64,000 nucleotides of DNA from an uncultured Acidobacteriaceae bacterium (GCA_963799145.1 CAWCWQ010000206.1:6354-70353); one strand, 5' to 3'; positions 31,701 through 42,774 are shown, counted from the stretch's first letter. Translations and numbers: made by a program. Notes: generated by a model from the letters alone, not told the origin.

Positions 31701-34169
31701 TTAGCGATGGGCGCCGCTGCTGGAGCTACCGGCGCTGGAGCTACCGGCGCTGGAACTGGCTGCACTGGAGCTGGCCGCACTCGAACTCGCTCCACTGGAG
31801 CTGGGACTCCCACCACCACCGCCGCCTCCGTGTGAACCGCCGCCACTGGAACTGCCGCCTCCACCCCCACCGCTGTGCGAGCCTCCGCCGCTGTAACTGC
31901 CACCCCCTCCGCCGGCGCTGTGTGAACCGCCGCTACTGGAACTGCCGCCTCCGCCGCGCGAACCGCCACCGCCGTAACTGCCGCCGGCTCCGCCACCGTG
32001 TGGACCGCCGCTGCTGGAACCGCCAGCGCCAACGCCGCGCGAACCGCCACCGCCATAGGAACCGGCTCCTCCGCCACCGTGATAACTTCCCCCTCCACTG
32101 TAGCTTGGAGCCCGCGACTGAAGATCGCCGAAGCGGTTGGAGATCGGAGCAGTGGTTGTGACGCTCTTGTCTCCCCGCATGACCTGCTTGTTCACCACGA
32201 AGCTCTGCGACTTGCGATCGAAGTTCAGCGGCACGCCTGGTGTCTTGGCCAAATCGCCCTTGCGCCCGAGGACATCCTTGGTCAAGTGAGCTTCAAGATG
32301 CGGATCGTCCGCCCTGGAGAGCGGAGGCTGATGGGTATTTCGGAACTCTTTCGGAGGCGATCGGAGAAAGTCGATCGAGCGGCCGGCCTCGAATTTGAGC
32401 GGCTCAATCGATATGCCGTTCTTATGGCCTATCGCGAAGACGACATCCTTGCGGTTGACCGGCGCCCGGCCTCTTACATCGTAAGGATGGATCGGGACAA
32501 AGGCCACGGTACGGCCGCTCTTGATCCAGCGCACGGGCTCGATATGATGCCTCTTGTGACCCACAACCCAAACATAATGCTGCCGCTGGTGAATCCAGCT
32601 TCCCGCATGACATACCGCCCAGGCGTAGGGGAGTCCGCTGTAGTCATAGGGCGAAGCGAGCACTCTCTGCCTGCCGGTGACCGGATCGGTCTCGATCCGG
32701 TAGCGAACGGCCTCCGGAAAGCAGGGAAAGAAGTCATTCAGGTCCGTGTTTGCAACCAAGTTGCGCGACCGAGAGCCAGCCTGCTTTGCCTTGGCAAGCG
32801 GAGCGGAAGCCTCGGCGGTAGATGACCCGGATTCAGGCTGCCTGTTGCCGGCCTGCTCGTGGTCATTCGCCGTCGAGGGCTCCCAGCAGGTTCCATAGGG
32901 CTGGCACTCAAAGAATCTCCCCTGGCCGGTCATCTCCGCCAGACCGGGGATGGGCGCAGTCAGACCCGAGGCGCGCATCACCTCGGCGGTTGCCGCCGAT
33001 CGCTTGGCAATGCGTTCGGCGACCCACTTGTCCCAGTCGGCAAGTGCGTTGGAATCTCCGGCGTCCAAGGAAGGAATACGGCGACCCTCGCGCAAGAACA
33101 CGGTCTGGCCACTTGCAATTGTCTCTCCGGAAACGCGCATTCCCCAGCCGTCCATCGGCGTTACCGCGGTCGCGTCGGCATAGCTGCTGACGCGGAGGAA
33201 GGCGTTGCCAGGATTGCTGGTCAGGTAGCGGTCATCCGTGAGGGTTCTGAGGAGAATCGACCGGCCTTCCGAATATGGAATTACGTGGGCCGAGACGGTG
33301 CCCGCAAGCAGTGCAACGTCGGCGTAGGGCACGCCGCCCGTTGTGTGCAGGTCGTTGAAGGCGAGAACCGAGTTTTCTCCAAGATACAGTGTGGAGGCGT
33401 CTTCCAGCTCGATCTCCGCCCGCCCCGCGCCTGTCGCCAGGCTGAAGCCTGTTTCCAGGGGAATACCTGAAACGGCCTGCTCCCAGGTTGCGCCTGTGAC
33501 CTTTTCATTCCGCTCGCCGCGGGCGACGCGCACATCTCCCTCGACGTAGCTCAACCGAACAATCTGCGCATAGGTCGCATCCGAATAGTGCTCGCCGAGA
33601 ATGAATTGCGCTTCCATTTTCAGTTTCTCGCTGGAATTGCCATTCAGAATCTCTTGAATCTGCGCCAGGGCGCTCGCTTCGTCGGTCTTCAACAGCGAAT
33701 TGAGGGCAAGCAATCTCAGGTCGTCGTCCTGGGCTGGGTTGGGCGCCATAGGCTTCCCGCTCCGAGCGTGAATCTCAATCTCCAGCGCGCCGCATTCATT
33801 CACCCAACTGCTGGCGGGGTAGTCGAGGCGCAGGTCGGCGCAGGCGTCGAGCGCATCCTTCGCTTGGCCTCGCTTATTCTCGGCATAAGCCTTCCAATAG
33901 ATAGCTCCGTCGGCGTGCTCGCCATTCTGGCCGGCAACTTTGGCGAAGATAGCCTCCGCATCGGACCAGCGCCCTTCGTCGATGGCGCGCTTTCCATCCG
34001 CGTAGAGACTGCTGTCGGGCGCGCTGGACGCAGCCAGCGATCCTTCGGCTCCAACCGGAACGGAACTTCCCATAAGGCCCTGCTCCGGTGAAAGCTGGGC
34101 GACGCCGGCCACCGGCGCGAAAAGCACCGCAGCCAGAAGAACGGCGAGAGAGGGTTCTACGGATTTCAT
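31701..34169 (-). CDS. secreted TPR/HEAT plus FecR-like domain protein with Gly/Ser-rich tail
   Basis: Signal peptide; [11 protein letters not shown] helix pair; [21 protein letters not shown] FecR-like domain; GGGSHGGGG repeats. Confidence 0.75.
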   Translation of the reverse strand: MKSVEPSLAVLLAAVLFAPVAGVAQLSPEQGLMGSSVPVGAEGSLAASSAPDSSLYADGKRAIDEGRWSDAEAIFAKVAGQNGEHADGAIYWKAYAENKRGQAKDALDACADLRLDYPASSWVNECGALEIEIHARSGKPMAPNPAQDDDLRLLALNSLLKTDEASALAQIQEILNGNSSEKLKMEAQFILGEHYSDATYAQIVRLSYVEGDVRVARGERNEKVTGATWEQAVSGIPLETGFSLATGAGRAEIELEDASTLYLGENSVLAFNDLHTTGGVPYADVALLAGTVSAHVIPYSEGRSILLRTLTDDRYLTSNPGNAFLRVSSYADATAVTPMDGWGMRVSGETIASGQTVFLREGRRIPSLDAGDSNALADWDKWVAERIAKRSAATAEVMRASGLTAPIPGLAEMTGQGRFFECQPYGTCWEPSTANDHEQAGNRQPESGSSTAEASAPLAKAKQAGSRSRNLVANTDLNDFFPCFPEAVRYRIETDPVTGRQRVLASPYDYSGLPYAWAVCHAGSWIHQRQHYVWVVGHKRHHIEPVRWIKSGRTVAFVPIHPYDVRGRAPVNRKDVVFAIGHKNGISIEPLKFEAGRSIDFLRSPPKEFRNTHQPPLSRADDPHLEAHLTKDVLGRKGDLAKTPGVPLNFDRKSQSFVVNKQVMRGDKSVTTTAPISNRFGDLQSRAPSYSGGGSYHGGGGAGSYGGGGSRGVGAGGSSSGGPHGGGAGGSYGGGGSRGGGGSSSSGGSHSAGGGGGSYSGGGSHSGGGGGGSSSGGGSHGGGGGGGSPSSSGASSSAASSSAASSSAGSSSAGSSSSGAHR

Positions 34170-34942
34170 ATATTGCCTTCCTTCGATCCGGCGGCCGCGG
34201 CCGCCTGTTGTTCTGGAATCCTGGAACGCAGGACGCGGACCTGAAAGAGCAGGCCGTCCGCGTTCATCTCGTCCTGGAGCCGGGCTACGGTGGCGGCGCT
34301 CAAGCCGCCCGGCTGGTTGGCCAGTTCATCCAGCAGACGATCCAGGCGATCCAGCGCCTTCGCCAGCTCCGGATCGTCGGTCTTGGCGGCGTTCTGGCGG
34401 CAGACGCGATTAACGGCGAGAAGACTCCGCGCCTCATCGCGCAGCGGTGAGACCATCTCCTCGCTGCCGGCGTCGGCGTGCTTCAGCTCGACAAGAAGCC
34501 TCTCCGAGCGGTCCAGATGATCGCTCAAGACGACCACCACAATCCGTTGCTGGGGTGGCGCGGCCTGTTCCCTAGGAAGAGGCGGATTGTTCACCGCCGC
34601 CGTCTTTGACTGTCCGTGCTCCCATAGGCGCCCGGCGAAGAAAGCCGCCACTATCAGCGAGGCGAAAGCGGCATAACCCAAGCCTCTCCAAAGACCGATA
34701 TACAGCCAGCTTCGCATGCGCGGCCGGTAGGCAGGCAAAAGTGGCGCTATCGACTGCCAGACCTTTTCGCCGTAGGCGGCATCGCGCTCCGGGGGTGTTG
34801 CAAATACGAGCTCGTCCAAATCGCCGCGGAGCGCGGCGTAGGCTTCAGCGCACTGGGCGCAAGCCTGGAGGTGCTGCCCGAAACCAGCGGCTCCCTTGCT
34901 GTAGTACTGCTCGATCAATTCTTCTTCGCTCAAGTGCTTCAT
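34166..34942 (-). CDS. zinc-finger (ZAS-type) membrane anti-sigma factor
   Basis: HLSEEEL..HLQACAQC HxxxCxxC motif, TM helix; ATGA overlap with the sigma gene. Confidence 0.85.
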   Translation of the reverse strand: MKHLSEEELIEQYYSKGAAGFGQHLQACAQCAEAYAALRGDLDELVFATPPERDAAYGEKVWQSIAPLLPAYRPRMRSWLYIGLWRGLGYAAFASLIVAAFFAGRLWEHGQSKTAAVNNPPLPREQAAPPQQRIVVVVLSDHLDRSERLLVELKHADAGSEEMVSPLRDEARSLLAVNRVCRQNAAKTDDPELAKALDRLDRLLDELANQPGGLSAATVARLQDEMNADGLLFQVRVLRSRIPEQQAAAAAGSKEGNI

Positions 34943-35520
34943 CTCATTACCCTCAGTGGGGCAAGCCGGCCGCGCAACTTTTTGACCGCGCGAAAGACCG
35001 CTTGCTTGGCCGCGTTCGGCGGAATGCCCATCGCGGCGCCAATCTCTTCGCCGGTGCAACCTTCCAGGTGCCGAAGCATGAAGGCCGCTCGTTCGGTGGC
35101 CGTCAGGCTGCGCAGCGCCCAAGCCTGCAAGGCTCCAATCTCGCCGCTCAGCAGCAGACGGTCGGGTCCGGCGGCCTCATCCGCCACCTGCAACTGTTCC
35201 TGCTCCGGATCGGTCTCCTCGGCCACGCGGGTGGATTCATCCGCTCGATGCCCGCCGATCTTGTCCAGCGCGCAGCGGAGCGCTATCCGGTAAATCCAGG
35301 TGCCGAACTTCGCGCGGGACTCGAAGCTCTCCAGCTTTTGATAGCCGCGCAGGAAGGCATCCTGCACCACGTCCTCGGCATCGGCTTCATTGCCGGTAAT
35401 GCGAAATGCGACCCGGAAAAGGCTCTGGCTATAACGCACGACCAGCGTCCCATAGGCCTCTTTGTCTCCATCGAGAACCGCCTTGATCGTCTCGTGGTCG
35501 CTCTTGCCCATGCATTGCAT
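34939..35520 (-). CDS. ECF RNA polymerase sigma factor
   Basis: DAEDVVQDAF, FGTWIYRIA, LTATERAAFMLRHLEG, KQAVFRA. Confidence 0.92.
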   Translation of the reverse strand: MQCMGKSDHETIKAVLDGDKEAYGTLVVRYSQSLFRVAFRITGNEADAEDVVQDAFLRGYQKLESFESRAKFGTWIYRIALRCALDKIGGHRADESTRVAEETDPEQEQLQVADEAAGPDRLLLSGEIGALQAWALRSLTATERAAFMLRHLEGCTGEEIGAAMGIPPNAAKQAVFRAVKKLRGRLAPLRVMR

Positions 35521-35676
35521 TAGACACGAGTTTTCAGGGCGCGGTTAGGAGAGATTGTTGGAGATGAGCGCGCCTTCAACCAGTTCACCGCCGCCGCCGA
35601 TTCCCTTCCCGGTCCAGGCGCGTCGAAGCCTCAGGTATCCATCGCGCTACGGCCGGGCCTGACCCCGCTAAACTGT

Positions 35677-37008
35677 ATGGTGAGGTATTCCGTGCTTCGC
35701 TTCGTCTTTCTTGCCCTGATATTTGCCTCGTCGGCCGGGCTCGCCCAGGACTCCACTGCGAAAGAGAAGAGCCAGCCCGCGGCCGCCCGGCAAGCCGACG
35801 CCGAAGCCGAGCCAGTCAGCGAACAGGTGGCCGGCGCCGAAGCCGACCTGGCCAAGTCCGATTGGAAGGCTGCCCAGGCCAAGCTCGAGCCCTGGCTCGC
35901 TGCCCATCCTGCCGATTCCCGCGCCCTCTTCGACCTGGGATACGCGGCCGACGCCGAGAACCGCCTCGACGATGCCGCGAGCCTGTACCGCCGCGCCATC
36001 GATGCCAATCCGCGATCGTCCCTGGCCCATCTCTCGCTCGGGCTGCTGCTGGCGCGCCAGGACAAGCTCGCCGATGCCCGGCCCGAACTGGCCGCGGTCA
36101 TCGGTCAGGACCAAGACGAAGCAGATTCCACGCTGCGAGCCCGCGCATGGCGGGCCTTGGCTCGGATCGACCGGAATACCGACCCCATCGAGGCCTCCAA
36201 CGACCTGCTGGAGGCCCTCAAGCTGACCCCCGAAACCCCCGACGATACGCTGCTCGCCGCCACTCTGGCCGATCAAGCCGGCGAGACCGCCACCGCTGAA
36301 GCCGCATACCGCCGCGTTCTTGCCAAGGACCCAAAGTCCGCCCCAGCCAACGCCGGTTTGGCCCACCTGTTGATAGCGCGCAAGCTCTATCCCGAGGCTG
36401 AGACCCTGCTGCGCGCCGCCCTCGAGCACATCCCCGGCGACCCGGCCCTCACCGCGCAACTGGCCGCGGTTCTGGCTGCTCAGGACAAGGGCGAGGCACT
36501 TCCACTCCTTCAGCAGCTCCACGAAGCCCACCCCGACGACAGGGCAATTTCGCGCATGCTGGCTGAGGTCCTGGCCGAGTCCGGCGACCCAGCCGCCTCC
36601 GACCTGGTCTATGCGAAGCTGCTTGCCGCCGCCCCGGACGACGCCGCCCTCCTCATCGGCCACGGCCAGAACCTCATCCGCCTTCTTAAATATGCCGAGG
36701 CCTTCACCGCGTTCAACCGGGCCACACAGCTCGATCCGGCCAATGGCGACGGCTGGAGCGGCCTGGCCTTTGCCGCTTCGCGAACCAACCAGCCCTCGAT
36801 TACCCTCCACGCCCTTACCGAGCGCTCGAAGCTCCTGCCGGAGGTTCCCTCAACCTACTTCCTGTGGGCAACCGCGTACGATGCGGTTCATCAAAAAGCG
36901 GCAGCGGCAGCTTACTACCATCATTTCTTGGACTCCTCCGCCGGAAAGTTCCCGGATCAGGAATGGCAGGCTCGCCAGCGTATAGAATTGCTCGAAAACA
37001 AAAAGTAA
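35677..37008 (+). CDS. secreted tetratricopeptide-repeat protein
   Basis: Signal peptide; repeated TPR motifs (YRRAIDANP, YRRVLAKDP, ATQLDP). Confidence 0.85.
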   Translation: MVRYSVLRFVFLALIFASSAGLAQDSTAKEKSQPAAARQADAEAEPVSEQVAGAEADLAKSDWKAAQAKLEPWLAAHPADSRALFDLGYAADAENRLDDAASLYRRAIDANPRSSLAHLSLGLLLARQDKLADARPELAAVIGQDQDEADSTLRARAWRALARIDRNTDPIEASNDLLEALKLTPETPDDTLLAATLADQAGETATAEAAYRRVLAKDPKSAPANAGLAHLLIARKLYPEAETLLRAALEHIPGDPALTAQLAAVLAAQDKGEALPLLQQLHEAHPDDRAISRMLAEVLAESGDPAASDLVYAKLLAAAPDDAALLIGHGQNLIRLLKYAEAFTAFNRATQLDPANGDGWSGLAFAASRTNQPSITLHALTERSKLLPEVPSTYFLWATAYDAVHQKAAAAAYYHHFLDSSAGKFPDQEWQARQRIELLENKK

Positions 37009-37209
37009 ATTCGGCGATTATGTAAATCTGAGCGCGGCGGCCTCGATTCCCCATCCCGCAAGCTTCGAGCCGGTGAGGCAGAAAATCTTTCCGCTTGCAT
37101 TTTTTCATCGATTCGTCATATAGTCACGGCCTGAGGCAATGCCGATTTCCAATTGGCAGCGCTCCATCAATTGAAAGCCGCTCCAAAGCCTCTTCAGTGG
37201 AGGTTCCTC

Positions 37210-37668
37210 ATGCGGTTTAGGGTTCGATTGGCGGTCCTCGTCCTGCTCTCGATCTCCCCGGCCTCGGTCTGCGCCTCCGGGTTCGACGATAAGGTCTTCA
37301 GTCAGCAGAGCATCGATGCTCTTCAAGCCAAGGCCAGTCAGGCGCACCCGCGCGAACAGTGCTTCATCTATGCGGAAGTCGTCCATGAGATGACCGAGTT
37401 CAGCCTTCGGCAATACGCCGCGGGCGACGTGGAAAATGCCGCCGAATTGCTCAGGCAGATTCAGTTCATGGCGCACAAGATTCACCTCTCCGTCTCGGAC
37501 GACAACAAGCGCCTCAAGAACGCCGAGATCCTGCTCCGGCACACCGCCTTCCGCCTCACCGAAATGCTCCACAACAGCAGCCTTGAAGACCGCCCACTGG
37601 TGGAGCAGACCCTGGCGCAGGTGAACCAGGCCCAGAACGAAGCCATGTTGCAGGTCTTCCGCAAGTAG
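37210..37668 (+). CDS. secreted helical hypothetical protein
   Basis: GAGG RBS, signal peptide, coding-like codon usage. Confidence 0.7.
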   Translation: MRFRVRLAVLVLLSISPASVCASGFDDKVFSQQSIDALQAKASQAHPREQCFIYAEVVHEMTEFSLRQYAAGDVENAAELLRQIQFMAHKIHLSVSDDNKRLKNAEILLRHTAFRLTEMLHNSSLEDRPLVEQTLAQVNQAQNEAMLQVFRK

Positions 37669-37729
37669 CCGATCGCTCTTTTCCCGGGTAGCTGCCTGTG
37701 CTTCAATGGGAACGCTGGAGAGTGAGCCG

Positions 37730-38266
37730 ATGAGTTCCCTGCGCCTTGCCGCCGCGATTCCGATCTTTCTGTTTCTTGCCGCCCCTCTGCCTGCGCAAAA
37801 GCAAAGGCGCGAGCCGCTCACCGAAGCCCAGATCGAGCAGATCCGCGAGGCCGGCATCTATCCGGTCGATCGCGTGAACCTCTACACGAAGTTCCTTGAC
37901 GAGCACGCCGACGTGCTCAAGGGACTGGCCAATCGCGCCAAGTCCACCGCACGCGGCCGCCGCCTCGACGAAGAGCTCCAGGACTTTACCGCCCTCATGG
38001 ACGAGTTTGGCTCCAATCTGGACGTCTATTCCGATCGCCACGCCGACATACGCAAATCGTTGAAGCCGCTCCCCGCGGCAATTGAGCGCTGGCAGGGCAT
38101 CTTGCGCGATCTGGCCAGCGAGCCCGCCTTCGACCTGGCGCGCAAAGAGGCCATCGAGAGCGCCACGGACCTGGCCGATCAGGCCACTCGCCTGCTGCGC
38201 GAGCAGACCGATTATTTCAACCTGCATAAAGACGAACAAGGTCAGGACCGCGCAGAACCGAAATGA
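37730..38266 (+). CDS. secreted helical hypothetical protein
   Basis: GGAG RBS, signal peptide LAAPLPAQ, coding-like codon usage. Confidence 0.7.
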   Translation: MSSLRLAAAIPIFLFLAAPLPAQKQRREPLTEAQIEQIREAGIYPVDRVNLYTKFLDEHADVLKGLANRAKSTARGRRLDEELQDFTALMDEFGSNLDVYSDRHADIRKSLKPLPAAIERWQGILRDLASEPAFDLARKEAIESATDLADQATRLLREQTDYFNLHKDEQGQDRAEPK

Positions 38267-38436
38267 CGCGGGGAGCAGGGATTGAAGGCGGACGCCGGCG
38301 GTTTCAACTAGAGAAAAGCGGTTTTCAGCCGAAATGCTCCTCATCGGGCTTGAAGAGCAAGAAAGACGCGCGTCAGCGAGAGCCGGCCGCAATCCCATTT
38401 GTGAAGCCCGCTGACTCGACGAACGGAGGCTCCTCG

Positions 38437-39294
38437 GTGCAGTTCGAGCGGCGAAGACCGGATGTAGGCAGTGTGACCTGGGAACATCTGCGCCTCCCCC
38501 CTTTTCCTCAAGTCGCCATCCGGGTCTTGCAGTTGGCAAACAAAGAGAATGTGCAGATGCACCAGCTCAGCGAGCTGATCTCGTCCGATCCGGCGTTTGC
38601 CAGTGAAGTCCTGACCATTGCGAACTCTCTGCTTTACGCCCCTCGCTTTCCATCGAAGAGCATTCAGCAGGCGATCATCGTACTGGGCATCAACAACCTG
38701 CAAGGGATGTGTCTCACCGTGGGGGCCAGATCCTTCATGGGCAAGGCGCTGAATCTCCCCTTCAAACAGGTGATCTGGCGCCACAACCTGGCTTGCGCCC
38801 TGATCGCCGCGCAGTTGGCCTCGGCCGGGTTTCTGGACAAGGACACCGCGTACACGGCGGGAGTGTTGCACGATATCGGCCGGTTGGGTCTGGCGGCCGT
38901 ACGCCCCAAGGAGTACGCCGTGCTGTTGGGAGCCCACGCGGGATCCAGCGCGAGCGTCCTTCAGGCCGAACGGGATATGTTTGGCTCGGACCACTGCGCC
39001 ATCGGTCGCCAGTTGATCGGCGACTGGCATCTGCCTTCCGACTTCGAAGCGGTCATCTCCGAGCATCATGCGCCTCGGGCGGCCGATGGCCCCTGGGGCA
39101 TGGCCGAGCTCATCAATCTGAGTTGCAGGATGGCAGACACGGCGGGCTTTTCAGCGTTTGCCGGGTGCGAAGTCACACCCTATGCGGAGTTGCTGGACGA
39201 ACTACCGGCGCGGGAGCGCAGGCTCTTCCATCCCGACATCGAGGGCCTGGCCTTCAGCGTGGCCGCCAGAATTCAAACGGTCGAGTCATTTTGA
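38437..39294 (+). CDS. HDOD-domain protein
   Basis: LPPFPQVA, SDPAFASEVL.IANS, AGVLHDIG, DH..IG..L...W.LP. Confidence 0.88.
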   Translation: MQFERRRPDVGSVTWEHLRLPPFPQVAIRVLQLANKENVQMHQLSELISSDPAFASEVLTIANSLLYAPRFPSKSIQQAIIVLGINNLQGMCLTVGARSFMGKALNLPFKQVIWRHNLACALIAAQLASAGFLDKDTAYTAGVLHDIGRLGLAAVRPKEYAVLLGAHAGSSASVLQAERDMFGSDHCAIGRQLIGDWHLPSDFEAVISEHHAPRAADGPWGMAELINLSCRMADTAGFSAFAGCEVTPYAELLDELPARERRLFHPDIEGLAFSVAARIQTVESF

Positions 39295-39466
39295 CCGCAT
39301 ACCATAAGGGAGGGCCCAAGACAGGCCCCGCAATCGTCCTCGGGGACGGCGGGCAAATCGGTCAGGCCGCGCAGATTCATTTCACGACGCAGCCGCGCGA
39401 CGAGGAATTCCGGTTGCGGTCTTCTTAACACAGGCGGAGAAGGATTGGCTGTGGAAAGGCGCGGGA

Positions 39467-40441
39467 ATGCCGAATCAGCTTTCAGAGGGGTTCGAGAGAG
39501 AAGAAGAACGGCGTATCCCGGTCAATGCGTGCGGATCGAACCGCCGGTTGCAAGGGGCGTTGGGGCCATCGACGGAGACTCCGAAGGTGCAGACCGAGCG
39601 GCGAAATGACGAGGTCCGTTTGCCCTGGGCGCACCTGCGCCTTCCGCCGTTTCCTCAGGTTGCAATCCGGGTCCTGCAACTGGCCAATAACGAGAATGTG
39701 CAGTTGCACCAGTTGAGCGACCTGATCGCGACCGATCCGGGCTTTGCCAGCGAAGTGCTCATGGTTGCGAACTCCCCCCTGTACGCGCCGCGGTATCCTG
39801 CCACCGGCATTTTGCAGGCCATCGCCGTGCTGGGCGCCAACCAGCTTCAAGGGATGTGCCTGCTGGTGGGAGTAAGAACCTACCTCGGCAAGTCGCTGAG
39901 CCAACCGGCAATGCGCGGGCTGTGGCGTCACAATCTGGCTTGCGCCTTGATCTCCCAGCAATTGGCTTCGGCGGGCTTCATGGACAGAGATCTGGCCTAC
40001 ACCGCAGGCATTCTGCACGATATCGGCCGACTTGCACTGGGGGTGATCCGGCCCAAGGAGTATGCCGCTCTGCTCGAGACACATCGCGGCTCCGCCGAGA
40101 GCATCCTCGAGGCCGAGCGGGAGCTGTTCGGGTGGGATCATTGCCAGACGGGAGGAAAGCTCATTACGGATTGGAAGCTGCCCTCCGATCTCGATGCCAT
40201 AGTATGCGAGCATCATCTGCCCCGGCGGACCGATGGCTCCTGGGGTATGGCTGAATTGATCAAGGTGAGTTGCGGGATGGCCGACGTGGCGGGCTTTCCC
40301 GCCTTTCCCGGATGCAAGGCTCACGAGTTCAGTTGTCTGCTGGAGGCGCTTCCTTCACGGGAGCGCAAGCGGTTCCCTCCGGATCTCGACTCCCTGGTCA
40401 ATGCGGTTGCCAGCGGGATTGAGGCGGCGGAGTCCGTTTGA
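39467..40441 (+). CDS. HDOD-domain protein (paralog of the upstream gene; true start may be 39587)
   Basis: LPPFPQVAIRVLQLA, AGILHDIG; high similarity to 38437-39294. Confidence 0.88.
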   Translation: MPNQLSEGFEREEERRIPVNACGSNRRLQGALGPSTETPKVQTERRNDEVRLPWAHLRLPPFPQVAIRVLQLANNENVQLHQLSDLIATDPGFASEVLMVANSPLYAPRYPATGILQAIAVLGANQLQGMCLLVGVRTYLGKSLSQPAMRGLWRHNLACALISQQLASAGFMDRDLAYTAGILHDIGRLALGVIRPKEYAALLETHRGSAESILEAERELFGWDHCQTGGKLITDWKLPSDLDAIVCEHHLPRRTDGSWGMAELIKVSCGMADVAGFPAFPGCKAHEFSCLLEALPSRERKRFPPDLDSLVNAVASGIEAAESV

Positions 40442-40549
40442 AGCGAGAATTTGCGGACTCGGCCACTCCAGGCGCGCCGAGCGGTTCTTCCCCGCAACTC
40501 TTTGCCCAATTCCGTGTCCAATCTGCTGAGGAGCCGTGCCCAACAGGTC

Positions 40550-41308
40550 ATGCAGAGACTCGCGCGCAGTTTCGGGTTGCTGCCGCTGGTGGCGGTTCTC
40601 GTCTTCACCACGGCGCTCACAGCCCAGTCCGGCGCCTTCACTGTCTCCCAGCACGGTCACCCCGTGGGAACGGCCACCTTCAACTTCACCGCCAATTCCC
40701 ACGGCTACAGCTCCAGTTCGGTGGTCCGCATCGCCATGCAGGGCCTCGACTATGCTCTCTCCAAGACCGAGCTGCTATCCCCGGCCAACCAGCTCCGCCA
40801 TGTTCAGTTGAGCGCCACCGTCAACGGCTCGGCGGTCAACGTAACCGCGGTTCCCGACGCCGCGCAGATCCTCCTGAACATCTCCGCCAGCGGCCGCAGC
40901 TCCACCGTCCGGCTGGACCCTCATCCCGGCGCAGTCTTCCTCGCCGACTTCGACCCCGGCGCTCTGGAAACACTGCTTGCCCTGGCCGTCGCCCGCAACA
41001 ACAGCGGCCTGTGGGCCATCGTCCCGAAGCAAGCGGGCTCTCAGATCGGAACCATCCAGCCCATCCAGCTTGCCAGCTATCCTGACGAGCAGGGAACCCT
41101 AGACGGCAAGCCGATCGCCGTCCACCATCTGGTAGCCACCATCGGCGCCGCCGCCACTCACCTCTTCTCCGGCCCTCAGAACCAGCTCCTCCAGGCCGAA
41201 CTGCCTCAGCAGGGCTTTGCTCTCATTCGCAAGGGCTTTGTGCTTACCCCACCCTCCAAAGCCGGCGCTCCGCCCGCCGATTCAGGGCCTCCGCCAGCCC
41301 AGCAGTGA
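40550..41308 (+). CDS. secreted beta-rich hypothetical protein
   Basis: Signal peptide ending ALTAQ; coding-like bias. Confidence 0.7.
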   Translation: MQRLARSFGLLPLVAVLVFTTALTAQSGAFTVSQHGHPVGTATFNFTANSHGYSSSSVVRIAMQGLDYALSKTELLSPANQLRHVQLSATVNGSAVNVTAVPDAAQILLNISASGRSSTVRLDPHPGAVFLADFDPGALETLLALAVARNNSGLWAIVPKQAGSQIGTIQPIQLASYPDEQGTLDGKPIAVHHLVATIGAAATHLFSGPQNQLLQAELPQQGFALIRKGFVLTPPSKAGAPPADSGPPPAQQ

Positions 41309-41513
41309 GCTCTGCCTTCGCCCCGCGGAAGTGTTCCATGAGTTCTTGAAGCAGCTGAGCGCGGCCCAACTCCCCTTGCACTGGCCAGTGACTCTTCCGC
41401 CGCAGCGTAGGGCCGCGAACCGAACTAGCTTGCCAACCAGCTGCCTCGCACAATGGAGCGATGATTAGCTAACTTGTGTTTTTCTCGCTCTATGATTTGA
41501 TATTTCGTGATAG

Positions 41514-41580
41514 TTGATCTCTGATCCCTGTACTCTGATCCCTGTACTCTGATCCCTGATCCCTGATCCCTGATCCCTGC
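41514..41580. repeat. 7-bp tandem repeat (CTGATCC/CTGTACT, about 9 units)
   Basis: ctgatcc ctgtact ctgatcc ctgtact ctgatcc ctgatcc ctgatcc ctgatcc. Confidence 0.9.
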
Positions 41581-41583
41581 CTT

Positions 41584-42774
41584 TCACAAGGCTCTCCCCG
41601 CCGCCACGCCCGAAGCCCACGCCCACTGGAAGTTGAATCCTCCCAGTTGACCGGTCACATCCACGGCTTCGCCGATGAAGAACAGCCCCGGCACGGCCCG
41701 CGCCCCCATTGTCCGCGCCTGCAAGCCACGAGTATCCACGCCGCCCGCAGTCACCTCGGCCTTCTCAAACCCTTCCGTACCCATCGGATGCAGCGCCCAC
41801 CTGTGCAGCCTGCGCTCCGCGGCATCGAGCGCCGCGTTCGACCACCCGGCTGGCGCGCCTGTTTCCGCCAGAAAGCTCGCCAGCCGCTGCGGCAGCACCT
41901 CGCGCAGAGCCTGCTTCAGCGCTGCCGCATCCCGCCTTGCTTCCGGCTCACGAAGCGCCGCGAAAACGCCGCCGGGAGCGCTGAAATCGGGAGCGAGATC
42001 CAACAGCAGCTCCTCCCCTGGCCGCCAATAGGACGAGGCCTGCAAGATTGCCGGCCCGCTCAACCCGCGATGCGTCACCAGCATCTTCTCCCTAAATCGA
42101 ACCCCGCCAGCCTGCGCCACCACCTCTGTGGCAACACCCGCCAACGCCGTCCAGCGCACCTCATCCCCGCCCAGCACGAGCGGAACCAGCGCCGGCCTGG
42201 GTTCTACAACGGCCAATCCGAACTGCCGCGCCAGTTCGTATGCCAGGCCAGTAGCCCCCAATTTGGGAATCGAAAGTCCCCCCGTCGCCACGACTAGCGC
42301 TCCGGCACGGAACTCGCCGCCTGAAGACGCCACCCGAAAGTCGCCGCCCGCCGTCCGCTCTACCTGAATCGCCCGCGCGTTGAGCACGATCTCCACGCCG
42401 CCCCGCTCGCACTCGGCCAGCAGCATCTCCAGGATCGCCCGGGCCGGCCCGTCGCAGAAGAGTTGCCCCAAGGTCTTCTCGTGCCAGGCGATTCCATGCC
42501 GCTCGACCAGCTCGACAAAGTGTTTTGGCTCATAAAGCGCCAGCGCCGACTTGGCAAAGTGCGGATTCTCAGAGAGGAAGTTGCTTGGCCCGGAGCGCAG
42601 ATTCGTAAAATTGCACCGCCCGCCGCCGGAGATGAGAATCTTCCGGCCCGGCTGCCCATTGTGTTCGAGCAGCGCCACCCGGCACCCGCGCTGGCCAGCG
42701 ACGGCCGCGCACATCAGCCCTGCCGCCCCCGCACCCAGGACAATTACATCGAATTGGCGCGGGGCGGCTGGCAT
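41584..42774 (-). CDS. HI0933/BaiN-family flavoprotein
   Basis: GAGAAG, GRKILISGGGRCNFTN, ATGGLSIP, VTAGGV, GGFNFQWAWASG. Confidence 0.93.
   Translation of the reverse strand: MPAAPRQFDVIVLGAGAAGLMCAAVAGQRGCRVALLEHNGQPGRKILISGGGRCNFTNLRSGPSNFLSENPHFAKSALALYEPKHFVELVERHGIAWHEKTLGQLFCDGPARAILEMLLAECERGGVEIVLNARAIQVERTAGGDFRVASSGGEFRAGALVVATGGLSIPKLGATGLAYELARQFGLAVVEPRPALVPLVLGGDEVRWTALAGVATEVVAQAGGVRFREKMLVTHRGLSGPAILQASSYWRPGEELLLDLAPDFSAPGGVFAALREPEARRDAAALKQALREVLPQRLASFLAETGAPAGWSNAALDAAERRLHRWALHPMGTEGFEKAEVTAGGVDTRGLQARTMGARAVPGLFFIGEAVDVTGQLGGFNFQWAWASGVAAGRAL

Noticed and set aside
31711-32100. Repetitive DNA and plus-strand Arg/His/Trp-rich ORF 31661-32161
   Set aside because: Explained by the Gly/Ser tail of the minus-strand gene 31701-34169.
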